Below, one piece after another: positions 54,960 to 64,000 of a stretch of 64,000 nt of DNA. This DNA comes from an uncultured Candidatus Saccharibacteria bacterium. GTDB taxonomy: Bacteria; Patescibacteriota; Minisyncoccia; UBA6257; 2-01-FULL-56-20. The notes below the pieces were generated by a model. That model made no database searches. It was not told the origin of the DNA and was given only the letters and a program-made list of their open reading frames with translations. The translations under genes and the position numbers were made by a program. Each line of letters begins with the position of its first letter. The first letter of the stretch is position 1. Location of the stretch: assembly GCA_964568535.1 (NCBI GenBank), contig CAZMPQ010000001.1, forward strand, positions 6,183-70,182, given 5' to 3'.

Positions 54960-55041
54960 GGGGATGTGGCGGAACTGGCATACGCGTACGCTTCAGGAGC
55001 GTATGGAGCAATCCTTGAGGGTTCAAATCCCTCCATCCCCA
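54960..55041 (+). tRNA. tRNA-Leu (anticodon CAG), a type II tRNA with a long variable arm
   Basis: Hand-folded. The acceptor stem pairs GGGGATG with CATCCCC. The anticodon stem TACGC/GCGTA carries the loop TTCAGGA. The T-arm is GAGGG-TTCAAAT-CCCTC. CCA is not encoded. Confidence 0.7.
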
Positions 55042-55222
55042 CGAGCAGTAAATAAAAAGTCGTTATTGCCACACACCACAACACAAGAGAAATTTGTCGC
55101 TCGGGATTTGAACGGGAAAGGGGTCGGGGAAACGGGAGTTTCCCCGTGGAGGAAAACAGCCCCGCCAAATGGCGGGGCGCTAGAAACCGAGAGGTGTCTA
55201 GGGAGCGAATGAAATGAGCGAC

Positions 55223-55251
55223 GTTCAAATCCCTCCATCCCCACGAGCAGT
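55223..55251 (+). repeat. exact 29-bp direct repeat of the tRNA-Leu 3' end plus 8 flanking nt (GTTCAAATCCCTCCATCCCCACGAGCAGT); the first copy is at 55021..55049
   Basis: Read directly. The second copy has no matching 5' acceptor strand, so it is not a second tRNA. This is an attL/attR-like arrangement. Confidence 0.7.
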
Positions 55252-55342
55252 CATAAACTCTCAATAATCATTCATCAAATCTAACGTCGAGCGTTTTCCC
55301 TCTCGCCAGATCGCGAACAGGCGAAACGCAACAATTCATCAC

Positions 55343-57256
55343 ATGATGATACAAAAACCAAAACAGCCGCTCCGGCGCCCCGGAGCGCAGAAGCGCGGTA
55401 GCGCGCACGGAGCGCAAAAACCAACGGGTCCTCATCAACAAGACCGCGGTCCTCGCCGCGGCCCACGCCGCGACCGCGGCCGGCACGCTCCCCCAGAAGG
55501 CCCGCGGAGCTTCGGCCAGATACGGAAAACCAAGCATTATCGCGACCTTCCGCCGGATGTGAACGGCGAGCAAAAACCAGCCGGCCCGCGCGACCAAAAC
55601 GCAGTGCGGTTCGTACCGCTCGGCGGCCTTGAAGAGATCGGCCGCAACTGTTCGTTCTTTGAATACCAGAACGAGATCGTTGTCGTTGACGTCGGCATCC
55701 AATTCCCCGAAGAGGAGACGCCGGGCATTGACTACATCATCCCGAACGTCGCGTATCTCGAGGGGCGGAAGCAGCACGTCAAAGCGCTCTTGCTCACGCA
55801 CGGCCACTACGACCATATCGCCGCCATCCACTACCTCATTGAAAAGCTGGGCAATCCCATCATCTACACGTCCAAGTTCACGAAGGCCATCGTGGAAAAG
55901 CGGCACGAAGAGTTCCCGAACGCGCCGAAGCTGAAGTTCGTCGCGGTAGACAGCGGCACTCGCGTGAAACTGTCCGAACATTTCACGGCGGAATTCTTCG
56001 AAGTAGAACACACCATTCCCGAAGCGTACGGATTCGCTCTTGAAACGCCCGTCGGGAACATGGTGAACTTCGGTGACTTCCGCCTGGATTACAACAAGAG
56101 CGGCGAGCCCCGACAGCTTGAGATATTTGACCGGCTTGGGGCAAAGGGCATCCACTCGCTCTTTATGGATTCCACGAACGCGGACATCACCGGCAGGGGC
56201 GCATCCGAAGAAACGGTGAAAGAGAACTTGGAGGCGCTCATCAAAGCCGCGCCAGGACGCATCATCATCACGTGCTTCGCCTCGCTCGTAGACCGCATCA
56301 TTGAGATAACGGATGTGGCCCAGCGTCTCGGCAGGAAGGTGGCGGTCATCGGCCGCTCCATGACGAGCAACTTGGAAATTGCCCGTCAGCTCGGATACCT
56401 CAAAGAGAAAAAGGACCTTTTCATCCCCATTGAGGAGGCACAGAAATACAAGGACGACAAAATCCTCATCCTCACGACCGGGAGCCAGGGTGAACCGAAC
56501 GCACAATTCATGCGCATCGTGAACGGCGAGCATCGCATCGTGCGATTGAAACCTTCGGACACCGTCGTTTTCTCGTCGTCCGTCATTCCTGGAAACGAAC
56601 GGAGCATTCAGGCCTTGCAAGACAATATCTCTCGCCAGGTGGATGAGCTCTATAACTCTAAATTACTGGACATCCACGCGTCCGGACATTGTCACAAGGA
56701 AGATCTTGCGCTCGTGCTCTCGCGTGTGAAACCGAAATTCGTCGTACCTATCCACGGGTACTACTTCAAACGGAAGTCTGTCATCAAGACCGCGGGTTCG
56801 GTCGGTATCGACCGAGATCGCGTTGTTCTCATGGACAACGGCCAGGTCGCCGAGCTCACGCCTGATAAGTTCACCGTGACGAACGAGAACGTTCCCGCGT
56901 TCTATGTGATGGTAGACGGCCTCGGCGTCGGCGATGTGGAGGAGGTGGTCATTCGCGACCGGCGTTCCCTCGCGCAGGAGGGCATGATCGTCACCATCAT
57001 TACTGTGGACCGACACAACGGCCGGCTCCTGAAGAATCCCGACATTATCTCGCGCGGGTTCATCCTCATGAAGGACAACCAGGAGATCCTGGACGAGATA
57101 CGAAAGCGCGTACGGAACGTCATGGCGGGGCTCCCAGCGTACCGTGAAGTTGAGCCGGACTACCTGAAGACCCTTATCCGCGACCAATTGGGCACGTTCC
57201 TGTACAATAAGACCAAGCGGCGGCCGATGATTCTCCCTGTTATCATAGAAATATAG
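55343..57256 (+). CDS. rnj: ribonuclease J (beta-CASP metallo-beta-lactamase), with an Arg/Pro/Gly-rich N-terminal extension of about 70 aa
   Basis: Carries HGHYDHIAAIHYL, the beta-CASP region and the C-terminal domain. The N-terminus reads RRPGAQKRGSAHGAQKPTGPHQQDRGPRRGPRRDRGRH. Confidence 0.85.
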   Translation: MMIQKPKQPLRRPGAQKRGSAHGAQKPTGPHQQDRGPRRGPRRDRGRHAPPEGPRSFGQIRKTKHYRDLPPDVNGEQKPAGPRDQNAVRFVPLGGLEEIGRNCSFFEYQNEIVVVDVGIQFPEEETPGIDYIIPNVAYLEGRKQHVKALLLTHGHYDHIAAIHYLIEKLGNPIIYTSKFTKAIVEKRHEEFPNAPKLKFVAVDSGTRVKLSEHFTAEFFEVEHTIPEAYGFALETPVGNMVNFGDFRLDYNKSGEPRQLEIFDRLGAKGIHSLFMDSTNADITGRGASEETVKENLEALIKAAPGRIIITCFASLVDRIIEITDVAQRLGRKVAVIGRSMTSNLEIARQLGYLKEKKDLFIPIEEAQKYKDDKILILTTGSQGEPNAQFMRIVNGEHRIVRLKPSDTVVFSSSVIPGNERSIQALQDNISRQVDELYNSKLLDIHASGHCHKEDLALVLSRVKPKFVVPIHGYYFKRKSVIKTAGSVGIDRDRVVLMDNGQVAELTPDKFTVTNENVPAFYVMVDGLGVGDVEEVVIRDRRSLAQEGMIVTIITVDRHNGRLLKNPDIISRGFILMKDNQEILDEIRKRVRNVMAGLPAYREVEPDYLKTLIRDQLGTFLYNKTKRRPMILPVIIEI

Positions 57257-57280
57257 TCCGGTTCGGCTGGCTGCTAATTC

Positions 57281-57610
57281 ATGGAAACGCCAGGAAAATC
57301 GCCTGAAGGAGTGCGCGAGAAATTCACCCGCACCATACATGACGCACCCGACAGCATCACGGCGGAAATGGCCCGAACTCCGAACGACTGGTTTTCCTGC
57401 TTCGGCAGTGTAGTATTCACGCTAGAGAACCGGCTCTTCGTTATGATACATAACGAAGAACTGACCATTGACGAAGGTAAAGCGAAAACCGAAACATTGG
57501 AGCGCATTAAGGCTCGACTCCACGAACTCGGTGAGCAATATGGCGAGACTAAGAACCCTCCGGGGTCGGTAACCACAGAACTCCTCGGAATGTTGCAGGA
57601 ACTCCTGTAA
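57281..57610 (+). CDS. hypothetical protein
   Basis: A 109-aa ORF lying between the rnj and trpS genes. Confidence 0.4.
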   Translation: METPGKSPEGVREKFTRTIHDAPDSITAEMARTPNDWFSCFGSVVFTLENRLFVMIHNEELTIDEGKAKTETLERIKARLHELGEQYGETKNPPGSVTTELLGMLQELL

Positions 57611-57622
57611 AATACTAGCGAG

Positions 57623-58612
57623 ATGCCCGAACCAATTCTTGTATCAGGAATCCAGCCCTCCGGCCGTCTCCATATCGGGAACTACTTGGGCGCGCTCAAA
57701 AACTTCGTTGACCTGCAGAACTCGCGGAAATATTCCTGCTACTTCTTCCTCGCGGACCTGCACTCGCTCACCGAGTATCCCGCAGGCGCTACGGAGCAGA
57801 AAAAGCGTATTCTAGAACTCACCGCTGATTTTCTCGCGGCTGGTTTGGACCCGAAGAAATCACTCATCTACCAACACTCGCAGATCCCCGCGCATAGCGA
57901 AATGGCGTGGATTTTGAACACCATCACGCCGATGGGCGAACTGGAACGAATGACGCAGTACAAGGACAAGTCCGTGCGCCAACATGAGGTGAACGCTGGC
58001 CTCCTCACCTATCCGACGCTTATGGCCGCGGACATTTTGCTCTACGATGCGAAGTATGTCCCTGTCGGGAACGACCAGGACCAGCACCTTGAGCTCACAC
58101 GCACGCTCGCGCGAAAGTTCAATAAAAAATTTGGGAAGACGTTCGTTGAACCGGAAGGACTCCACACCGCGACTCCGCGTGTGATGTCTTTGAAAGACCC
58201 GTCAAAGAAGATGTCTAAATCTCAGCCGGAGACGTGCCTTTTTCTGGATGAATCCCCCGTTGAGCTAGAGAAGAAGATAAAAAGTGCAACGACCGACTCC
58301 GGAAGCGATGTGCGGTACGATGCGAAGGAAAAGCCGGGCATCTCGAACTTACTTGATATCTACTGCGGCGTAACCGGAAAAACTGTTCCGCAGGCGGTCA
58401 AAGAATTCCGCGGCAAGCAATACGGCGCCTTCAAGCAAAAAGTTGCGGAGGCGGTTGTGAAACATCTCGCGCCGTTCCGCACGAAAAAGGCAGCGCTCAT
58501 GAAAAAACCGACGGTGCTCGCGAAAGTGCTCGCAACCGGCTCGGCAAAAGCGGCGAAAGTCGCAGACGCGAAGATCGCAGGAGTGAAGGAGAAGGTCGGG
58601 CTTGCGCTCTAG
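57623..58612 (+). CDS. trpS: tryptophanyl-tRNA synthetase
   Basis: Carries the HIGH-class motif GRLHIGNYLG, plus KMSKS and GNDQDQHLELTR. Confidence 0.85.
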   Translation: MPEPILVSGIQPSGRLHIGNYLGALKNFVDLQNSRKYSCYFFLADLHSLTEYPAGATEQKKRILELTADFLAAGLDPKKSLIYQHSQIPAHSEMAWILNTITPMGELERMTQYKDKSVRQHEVNAGLLTYPTLMAADILLYDAKYVPVGNDQDQHLELTRTLARKFNKKFGKTFVEPEGLHTATPRVMSLKDPSKKMSKSQPETCLFLDESPVELEKKIKSATTDSGSDVRYDAKEKPGISNLLDIYCGVTGKTVPQAVKEFRGKQYGAFKQKVAEAVVKHLAPFRTKKAALMKKPTVLAKVLATGSAKAAKVADAKIAGVKEKVGLAL

Positions 58613-61600
58613 ACCTTTCGCACGCCGAGCCAGATATCAACGCCGTCCAGTTTTGCCTGGATCTCGGCGGTAAACTTCCCTTTCTTATACTCTATTGTCT
58701 TTGCGCCTACCTCGGTTTTGAGGAATTTTTCGTTCTCCTGAACGATCGCGCCGACGCTCGGCGCTTCTACCATCAGCACAATGGCGTCCTTCGCCTGAAG
58801 CCCGGCATTCTGCCGCAACTCCTGTACCATCCGCACGAGGTCGCGCAACGTTCCCTCGGCTTTGAGCTCCGGTGTAATGGTTGTATCGAAAACAACCTCG
58901 TCGTTCTTTGTCGCATCATCCCATACAATTTCCTTCACGTTTATCTCGTCTTTCAGGATACTGATGAGTTCTTTGTTGCTCTTGACACCTGATACCTGAT
59001 ACCTGACACGAACGGATGCGAGCGGCTGACGAACCTTAATACCAAGTTCCGCGCGCTTCGCGAGCGCTACGCTTGCAATGCGCCGTATTTCGCCCATTGC
59101 GGCAACCAGTTTCGCATCCATTTGTTTTTTGTCTAACGCGGGCCAGGTATCCAGATGCACCGACTCCTTTTCGCCCAATCCGTGATAGATGCTTTCCGCA
59201 AAGAACGGCGTGAATGGGGCCATCAGTTTCGCGGTCTCGCGCAATACATGCGCAAGCATTGCGGACGCGGCTTCGTAATCGGCTTTTGAATCGGGCTTCT
59301 GCAAACGCCGGCGCGAGCGGCGGATGAACCAGCGCGAAAGGTCGTCCACAAGCGTCTCTATCGCGAGTGCCGCCTCGCGTATCTCGTACTGCTCTAATTG
59401 TTTCGTCGCTTCGGCTATCGTCTCGTTCAACCGCGCTAGTATCCAACTATCCAACACATTTCCTGATACCTGATACTTGACACCTGACACCTTGGCGGCA
59501 TATGTCCGCCAAAAGATCAGCGAGTTGTAGACGATGAGGTGCACGCGCCGGAACGTTTTTTGGATGTCCACTTCGTCGAAGTTTTTCGGTTCGCCGAGCG
59601 GCGAATTCGTATAGAGATACCAGCGCACGGCGTCCACGCCATATTTTTCGATGACCGCGAACGGCTCCACGATATTCCCCTTGGACTTGCTCATCTTCTG
59701 CCCGTTCTTATCGTTCACAAGCCCGAGGCAGACGACGTTCTTGAACGGCGCGGGGTATCCGAGCGCGGTCGCGATTGCAACGAGCGTATAGAACCAGCCA
59801 CGCGTCTGGTCGATGCCTTCAGAAATATAGTCCGCAGGAAATGCTGACGGGCGCTTCCCGCGCTTCACGAACGGGAAGTGCTCTTGTGCGTATGGCATTG
59901 CACCCGAGTCGTACCATACGTCTGCGACCTCCGGCACACGACGCATCTCTCCCTTGCATTTCTTGCATGGGAGCGTGAGTTCGTCCGCGAACGGCCGATG
60001 GAGATCTACTTCGCCGGTATCGTTCCGCGGGATAGTTTTGAGCTCCAATGGGACCACTTCTCCGGTGCGCATGAACACATCGTTATGCAGCGATTTCTTC
60101 TCGGCTGTTTCTTTCTCCGTCCATCCATTCGCGATCTGCGAGAGCATCCAGATGGTATCTTCATGGCTCACCAAAAGTATCCGTTTCCCGGCATACGCCT
60201 TCTCGGTCCCTTGCAAGAAGTCCCATGCGCGCGTACGAACATCGCGAAGCGACTCGGCGCGTGGCACGGCATGTTCGCTGAATCGCATCTCCTGCTCGGG
60301 AATTTTTTTCTGATACTCCCCCACTGGCCGCCCAGACAGTTCCGCAAGTTGTATTTCACGAAGTCGCTTATCGAACAGAACTTTTTTAATGCCGAGCTCT
60401 TTTGCAACAATGGCCGCGGTTTCTTTCGTTCGAAGGATGTCAGATGCGATGATGACGTCTATCTTTTCCTTTTTGAGCCTCTTCGCGGCTTGCTTCACCT
60501 GATCTTTTCCGAGCGTTGAGAGGTGAAATCGCTGATTGCCCGAGTCAATGATGTGTTTGATGTTTCCTTCTGCCTCTCCGTGCCGAAGTGCGAAATAGGC
60601 ATTTTTTGCCCTCTTCCCGCGCGCGGAAAGTTCGTGCAAGCTTCCGATCACTTCGCGCGTATCGCACTTCTTGCACTCCCAAATTGGAAGCGGTACGCCC
60701 CAGTAGCGTTCGCGAGACAGGTTCCAGTCCTTCGCTTCGCGGAGCCACTCACCAAAACGGCCTTCTTTGATATGATCCGGCACCCACGTGATGCCCTTAT
60801 TGTTCGCGAGCAGTTCTTTCCGAAGCTTGGACATCGCGATGAACCACGACGTCCGCGCGTAGTACAAGACCGGCGTTCCGCATCGCCAGCAAAATGGATA
60901 TTCGTGCTTATACTTCTCTATGCGCAGGAGGTTCTTGTTCTTTGTAAGATGTGCGAATATCTTATCCTCGGTTTCTTTCGCCTTTGCGGACATGCCCGCA
61001 AGCCCGCCGGGAACTTCTTTCTTAAATATGCCCTCTTCCGTTACGGTGTGATGTTGCGGCAAGCCCACCTTCACGCCAAGTTGGTAGTCGTCCTCGCCGT
61101 ACATTACAGCGGTATGCACCACGCCCGTGCCATCCGTTGTTGTCACGAAGCTTGCAGGATATACCTTGTATGCCGCCTCGTTCTTCAGTGCCAAGATTTT
61201 GAACAGCGGTTCGTATTCCAGGCCAACAAGGTCTTCGCCGCTCACTTTGCCGATAACATCGTATTCGGTTTTGCCAAGCACCGCGGGCGCCAATTCTTCC
61301 GCTACCACATATGTTTCTTTCGCGCTCTTCGGCCGCACGAGCGCATATTTCACTTTTTCGCCCACTGCAAGCGCGACATTTCCCGGCAGCGTCCACGGCG
61401 TCGTCGTCCACGACAGAATAAAGAGCGGACCGTCTGTTTTAAAATGCGGCCTTGATAGTACTTTGAACTTCAGATAGACCGATTGGTCCTCTACTTCCGC
61501 ATATCCTTGGGCCAATTCGTGCGATGAAAGCGCCGTTCCGCACCGCGAGCACCACGGCACGACTTTGTGGCCTTTGTAGAGCAATTTCTTCTTCGCGATC

Positions 61601-62112
61601 TCCGAGAGCGTCCACCAGATGCTTTCAATATAGTCGGCGGAGTACGTGACATAGGCGTTCTTCAAGTCCAGCCAGTAGCCGATGCGCTCCGTGAGCCGCT
61701 CCCATTCGTCCTTGTAGAGCCAGACGGCTTTTTTCGCCTCTTCGTTGAACTTTTGAACGCCGAACTTTTCTATGTCGGCTTTGGACTTCAATCCGAGCGC
61801 CTTTTCTGCCGCAATCTCCACGGGCAATCCGTGCGTGTCCCACCCAGCTTTGCGCGGCACGCGATATCCCTGCATCGTTTTAAAGCGCAGGATGATGTCT
61901 TTCACGACGCGCGCGAGCACGTGGTGAATGCCCGGCTTCCCGTTCGCGTACGGCGGCCCCTCGTAGAAAACAAATATCTTTTTTCGTTTCGGATCGAGCG
62001 TCTTCTCGAATATCCGATTCGTTTTCCAAAATTCCAGTACTTTTTCCTCCACTTTTGGGAGGTCGAATCCATCGCTCAAAAAGTCACGGCGCGTAGCTGC
62101 CCTCTTTTGCAT
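58609..62112 (-). CDS. ileS: isoleucyl-tRNA synthetase carrying an inserted histidine-phosphatase (PGAM-like) domain
   Basis: Carries PYANGKPGIHHVLARVVKDI, the editing domain, KMSKSKGN and the anticodon-binding region. An insert of about 190 aa (residues ~500-690) carries ALRHGEAEGN...IIASDILRTKETA...ILLVSHEDTI. Confidence 0.85.
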   Translation of the reverse strand: MQKRAATRRDFLSDGFDLPKVEEKVLEFWKTNRIFEKTLDPKRKKIFVFYEGPPYANGKPGIHHVLARVVKDIILRFKTMQGYRVPRKAGWDTHGLPVEIAAEKALGLKSKADIEKFGVQKFNEEAKKAVWLYKDEWERLTERIGYWLDLKNAYVTYSADYIESIWWTLSEIAKKKLLYKGHKVVPWCSRCGTALSSHELAQGYAEVEDQSVYLKFKVLSRPHFKTDGPLFILSWTTTPWTLPGNVALAVGEKVKYALVRPKSAKETYVVAEELAPAVLGKTEYDVIGKVSGEDLVGLEYEPLFKILALKNEAAYKVYPASFVTTTDGTGVVHTAVMYGEDDYQLGVKVGLPQHHTVTEEGIFKKEVPGGLAGMSAKAKETEDKIFAHLTKNKNLLRIEKYKHEYPFCWRCGTPVLYYARTSWFIAMSKLRKELLANNKGITWVPDHIKEGRFGEWLREAKDWNLSRERYWGVPLPIWECKKCDTREVIGSLHELSARGKRAKNAYFALRHGEAEGNIKHIIDSGNQRFHLSTLGKDQVKQAAKRLKKEKIDVIIASDILRTKETAAIVAKELGIKKVLFDKRLREIQLAELSGRPVGEYQKKIPEQEMRFSEHAVPRAESLRDVRTRAWDFLQGTEKAYAGKRILLVSHEDTIWMLSQIANGWTEKETAEKKSLHNDVFMRTGEVVPLELKTIPRNDTGEVDLHRPFADELTLPCKKCKGEMRRVPEVADVWYDSGAMPYAQEHFPFVKRGKRPSAFPADYISEGIDQTRGWFYTLVAIATALGYPAPFKNVVCLGLVNDKNGQKMSKSKGNIVEPFAVIEKYGVDAVRWYLYTNSPLGEPKNFDEVDIQKTFRRVHLIVYNSLIFWRTYAAKVSGVKYQVSGNVLDSWILARLNETIAEATKQLEQYEIREAALAIETLVDDLSRWFIRRSRRRLQKPDSKADYEAASAMLAHVLRETAKLMAPFTPFFAESIYHGLGEKESVHLDTWPALDKKQMDAKLVAAMGEIRRIASVALAKRAELGIKVRQPLASVRVRYQVSGVKSNKELISILKDEINVKEIVWDDATKNDEVVFDTTITPELKAEGTLRDLVRMVQELRQNAGLQAKDAIVLMVEAPSVGAIVQENEKFLKTEVGAKTIEYKKGKFTAEIQAKLDGVDIWLGVRKV

Positions 62113-62168
62113 ACCCGCGTAGAATAGCCCAAAATCCCTTGAAAATCAAAGGTTTTTAGCCGCCTCAG

Positions 62169-63857
62169 CTAGATCTTCTCTAGCACCCTGATACCCAAAA
62201 GACCAAGCCCCCACTTCAGCACGTCTGCAATAGTTGCGACGAGGAGGAGCCGCGCGTTGCGGCGGTTTTCGTTTTCGTCTTTCAGAATTGGCGTGGATTC
62301 ATAATAGCGGTTCGCGATATCGGCGAGTTCGTAGAGATATGTCGCGATAACATGCGGCGCAATGTCCCCCGCCGCGCGTGATACGGCATCCGGAAATTCT
62401 GAAACTTTTCGCATAAGATCAAGCTCTCCACTTGTTTCGAGATTTTTTGCATCACCTTCTGGAGCGGGTGATTTTGCGAGAATGCTCTTCATGCGCGCAT
62501 AGGTATATTGCAGATATGGACCGGAGTCACCATGGAAGGCGATGGAGTGTTCCATATCAAAAATGATGTCTCCGCCGATGCTTTGCTTCAAAATGGAATA
62601 GCGAATCGCGGCGATGGCAACGGTTTCCTGTATCTCCTCGCGCTCCGCATCGGTCAGTTCGCGTTCATTTATCTTTTCGTGAACGGCACGTTTCACATCG
62701 TCAATAAGCGATTCTGCGGTAATCACATCGCCGGTGCGCGAGGACATCTTTCCGGTTGGAAGACGCAACATTCCGTGGCCGATATGCTTCGTTTTTGCCG
62801 CTACTTCAGGCACAACAAGCTCCATCGCTTTCAGCAATACGCGGAAGTAGTCGTTCACCTCGTTTCCGGTCACGATGAGCGAACTGTCGGGATGATGCGT
62901 GTCGAATTTCTTCTTGTTCAAGCCCAATTCTTTCGCCTCGTAGGTCGGCAAGCCTTGCGCGGTCACAAAGACACGATTGTGGAGGCCGTGCTCCTCGCCC
63001 CGAAAGATGGTTGCGCCCTCGCTCTGCACGAAGATATCGGGGTGCGCCTTTACGATAGCAAGCCCGTCCGGCCCCGCTTCGCTTTCAAAGTAATACTGGT
63101 TGAACTTCGTGCCGAGCCGCGCGTAGAGCGTTTCAAAGTAGTCCAAGCTCCATTTCCGTCCGGCATCATAGAGCTCATTTACTTTCGCATCGCTCCGGTC
63201 GTATATCTTCTTGTTGAGTCCGTCCATCTCCCCTTTCGTCCCCGGGTCGTCATATGCTTTCGCGCCCGTTGCGTACGCCTCGCCGAGGAACGCAACTTTC
63301 TCTCCAAGTGACGCGTCAGTTTTCGGCATCTTTTCGCTCAGCCGCATCATCCCCCAAATGCTTTTTGCAACATGAAGGCCAACGTCGCCCTGATAATTCG
63401 CGCGCAGAACTTCGGCGCCCGATGCTTCATAGAGCCGCGCGATGGATTCGCCGATGACATTCGTCATGAGGTGGCCGATGTGAAACTGCTTGAATGGATT
63501 TGGGTCGGTATATTCCACCATCACGCGCTTCCCCTTCCCTACTTGCGGTACGCCGAACTTCTCGTCCTTTGCAAGCCGCGTAAATTCTGCCCGAAGCGTC
63601 TCATCCGTCAGCCAAAAGTTCACGAATCCCGGCGGAGCGGCTTCTACTTTCGTGAAAAATCCCGGCGGGGCGGCTTCTCCTATCTTCTTCGCAAGGTCTT
63701 GCGCGATTTCCATCGGCGGCTTTCCCGCCGCCTTCGCAAGCCGGAGCGCAACGCTCGTAGAATAATGTCCCATCTCCGCTCGCGGCGGAATTTCAATGAT
63801 CGCAACGGTCCCTGACGGAACCGCTTTCTGGAACAGCTCTGCAATGCGTTCTTTCAT
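62169..63857 (-). CDS. argS: arginyl-tRNA synthetase
   Basis: Carries FHIGHLMTNVIGESIARL (HIGH), the core catalytic domain and the DALR anticodon-binding domain. I chose the start at M40 (MKERIAELF). Confidence 0.85.
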   Translation of the reverse strand: MKERIAELFQKAVPSGTVAIIEIPPRAEMGHYSTSVALRLAKAAGKPPMEIAQDLAKKIGEAAPPGFFTKVEAAPPGFVNFWLTDETLRAEFTRLAKDEKFGVPQVGKGKRVMVEYTDPNPFKQFHIGHLMTNVIGESIARLYEASGAEVLRANYQGDVGLHVAKSIWGMMRLSEKMPKTDASLGEKVAFLGEAYATGAKAYDDPGTKGEMDGLNKKIYDRSDAKVNELYDAGRKWSLDYFETLYARLGTKFNQYYFESEAGPDGLAIVKAHPDIFVQSEGATIFRGEEHGLHNRVFVTAQGLPTYEAKELGLNKKKFDTHHPDSSLIVTGNEVNDYFRVLLKAMELVVPEVAAKTKHIGHGMLRLPTGKMSSRTGDVITAESLIDDVKRAVHEKINERELTDAEREEIQETVAIAAIRYSILKQSIGGDIIFDMEHSIAFHGDSGPYLQYTYARMKSILAKSPAPEGDAKNLETSGELDLMRKVSEFPDAVSRAAGDIAPHVIATYLYELADIANRYYESTPILKDENENRRNARLLLVATIADVLKWGLGLLGIRVLEKI

Positions 63858-64000
63858 GCGAATATTGACGGTGTCTTTCAGTGTGTTTGAATACCGTATA
63901 GTAAGCGAGGTGCGGCCCCCGTAAAATCGGGAATACCGTTCTGGGCGGCACGTGGGCCCGGAATCCCGCCTCAACGACGGTGGAACACGACCCCGCCAGA

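Noticed and set aside
55050-55222. The possibility that the repeat-bounded segment is a tmRNA or a second tRNA
   Set aside because: There is no 5' acceptor strand (GGGGATG) to pair with the duplicated CATCCCC, no resume-codon or tag-peptide ORF, and at ~170 nt it is too short for tmRNA.
54887-55264. Minus-strand ORFs 54887..55264 (125 aa) and 55023..55244 (73 aa)
   Set aside because: They run antisense through tRNA-Leu and the att-like repeat region. This is non-coding sequence with no protein-like composition.
63858-64000. A T-box riboswitch leader for the argS gene
   Set aside because: The only T-box-like string (GGTGGAACACG) is on the plus strand, opposite to argS, and the window ends before a full leader could be assessed.

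Overview
High-GC (about 60-65%) bacterial chromosome segment. The ribosome-binding sites are weak and the housekeeping set is compact, so it may come from a CPR/Parcubacteria-like or otherwise streamlined organism; this is my inference. Positions 1 to about 48300 form one long, almost entirely minus-strand cell-surface glycan biosynthesis island. It contains: an ADP-heptose pathway (a separate HldE kinase gene, a separate adenylyltransferase gene, HldD and a GT9 heptosyltransferase, plus an HddA/WcbL-like GHMP kinase); dTDP-glucose 4,6-dehydratase; an RmlC-like epimerase; a PseB/CapD-like dehydratase; a ColD/RfbH-like PLP 3-dehydratase; Gmd and two tandem Fcl paralogs; a TylC3-like sugar C-methyltransferase; two FkbM methyltransferases; several GT2, GT4 and CgeB-like glycosyltransferases; a GT10-like fucosyltransferase; two pairs of Dpm1-like GT2 plus polytopic GT-C-like membrane protein; a PIG-L deacetylase; a sulfatase-like enzyme; and an O-antigen ligase-like protein. 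Two lower-GC operons sit inside this island. Each encodes a very large secreted protein with two LamG domains, an Ig/FN3-like region, a parallel beta-helix and a C-terminal metzincin domain (HExxHxxGxxH), followed by a small secreted partner with TSP3-like Asp-rich repeats and a poly-proline tail. One locus also carries a truncated third copy and a relic of a further partner gene. Both large genes have a homopolymeric poly-G tract (9 and 12 nt on the coding strand) directly upstream of the start codon, which I read as phase-variable contingency loci. From about 48300 to 64000 the content is housekeeping: RNase Y, iPGM, a holin-4 family protein, SecG, an oligopeptide-type SBP, a PGI/PMI SIS isomerase, tRNA-Leu(CAG) with a 29-bp att-like direct repeat of its 3' end, RNase J, TrpRS, IleRS with an inserted histidine-phosphatase domain, and ArgRS.
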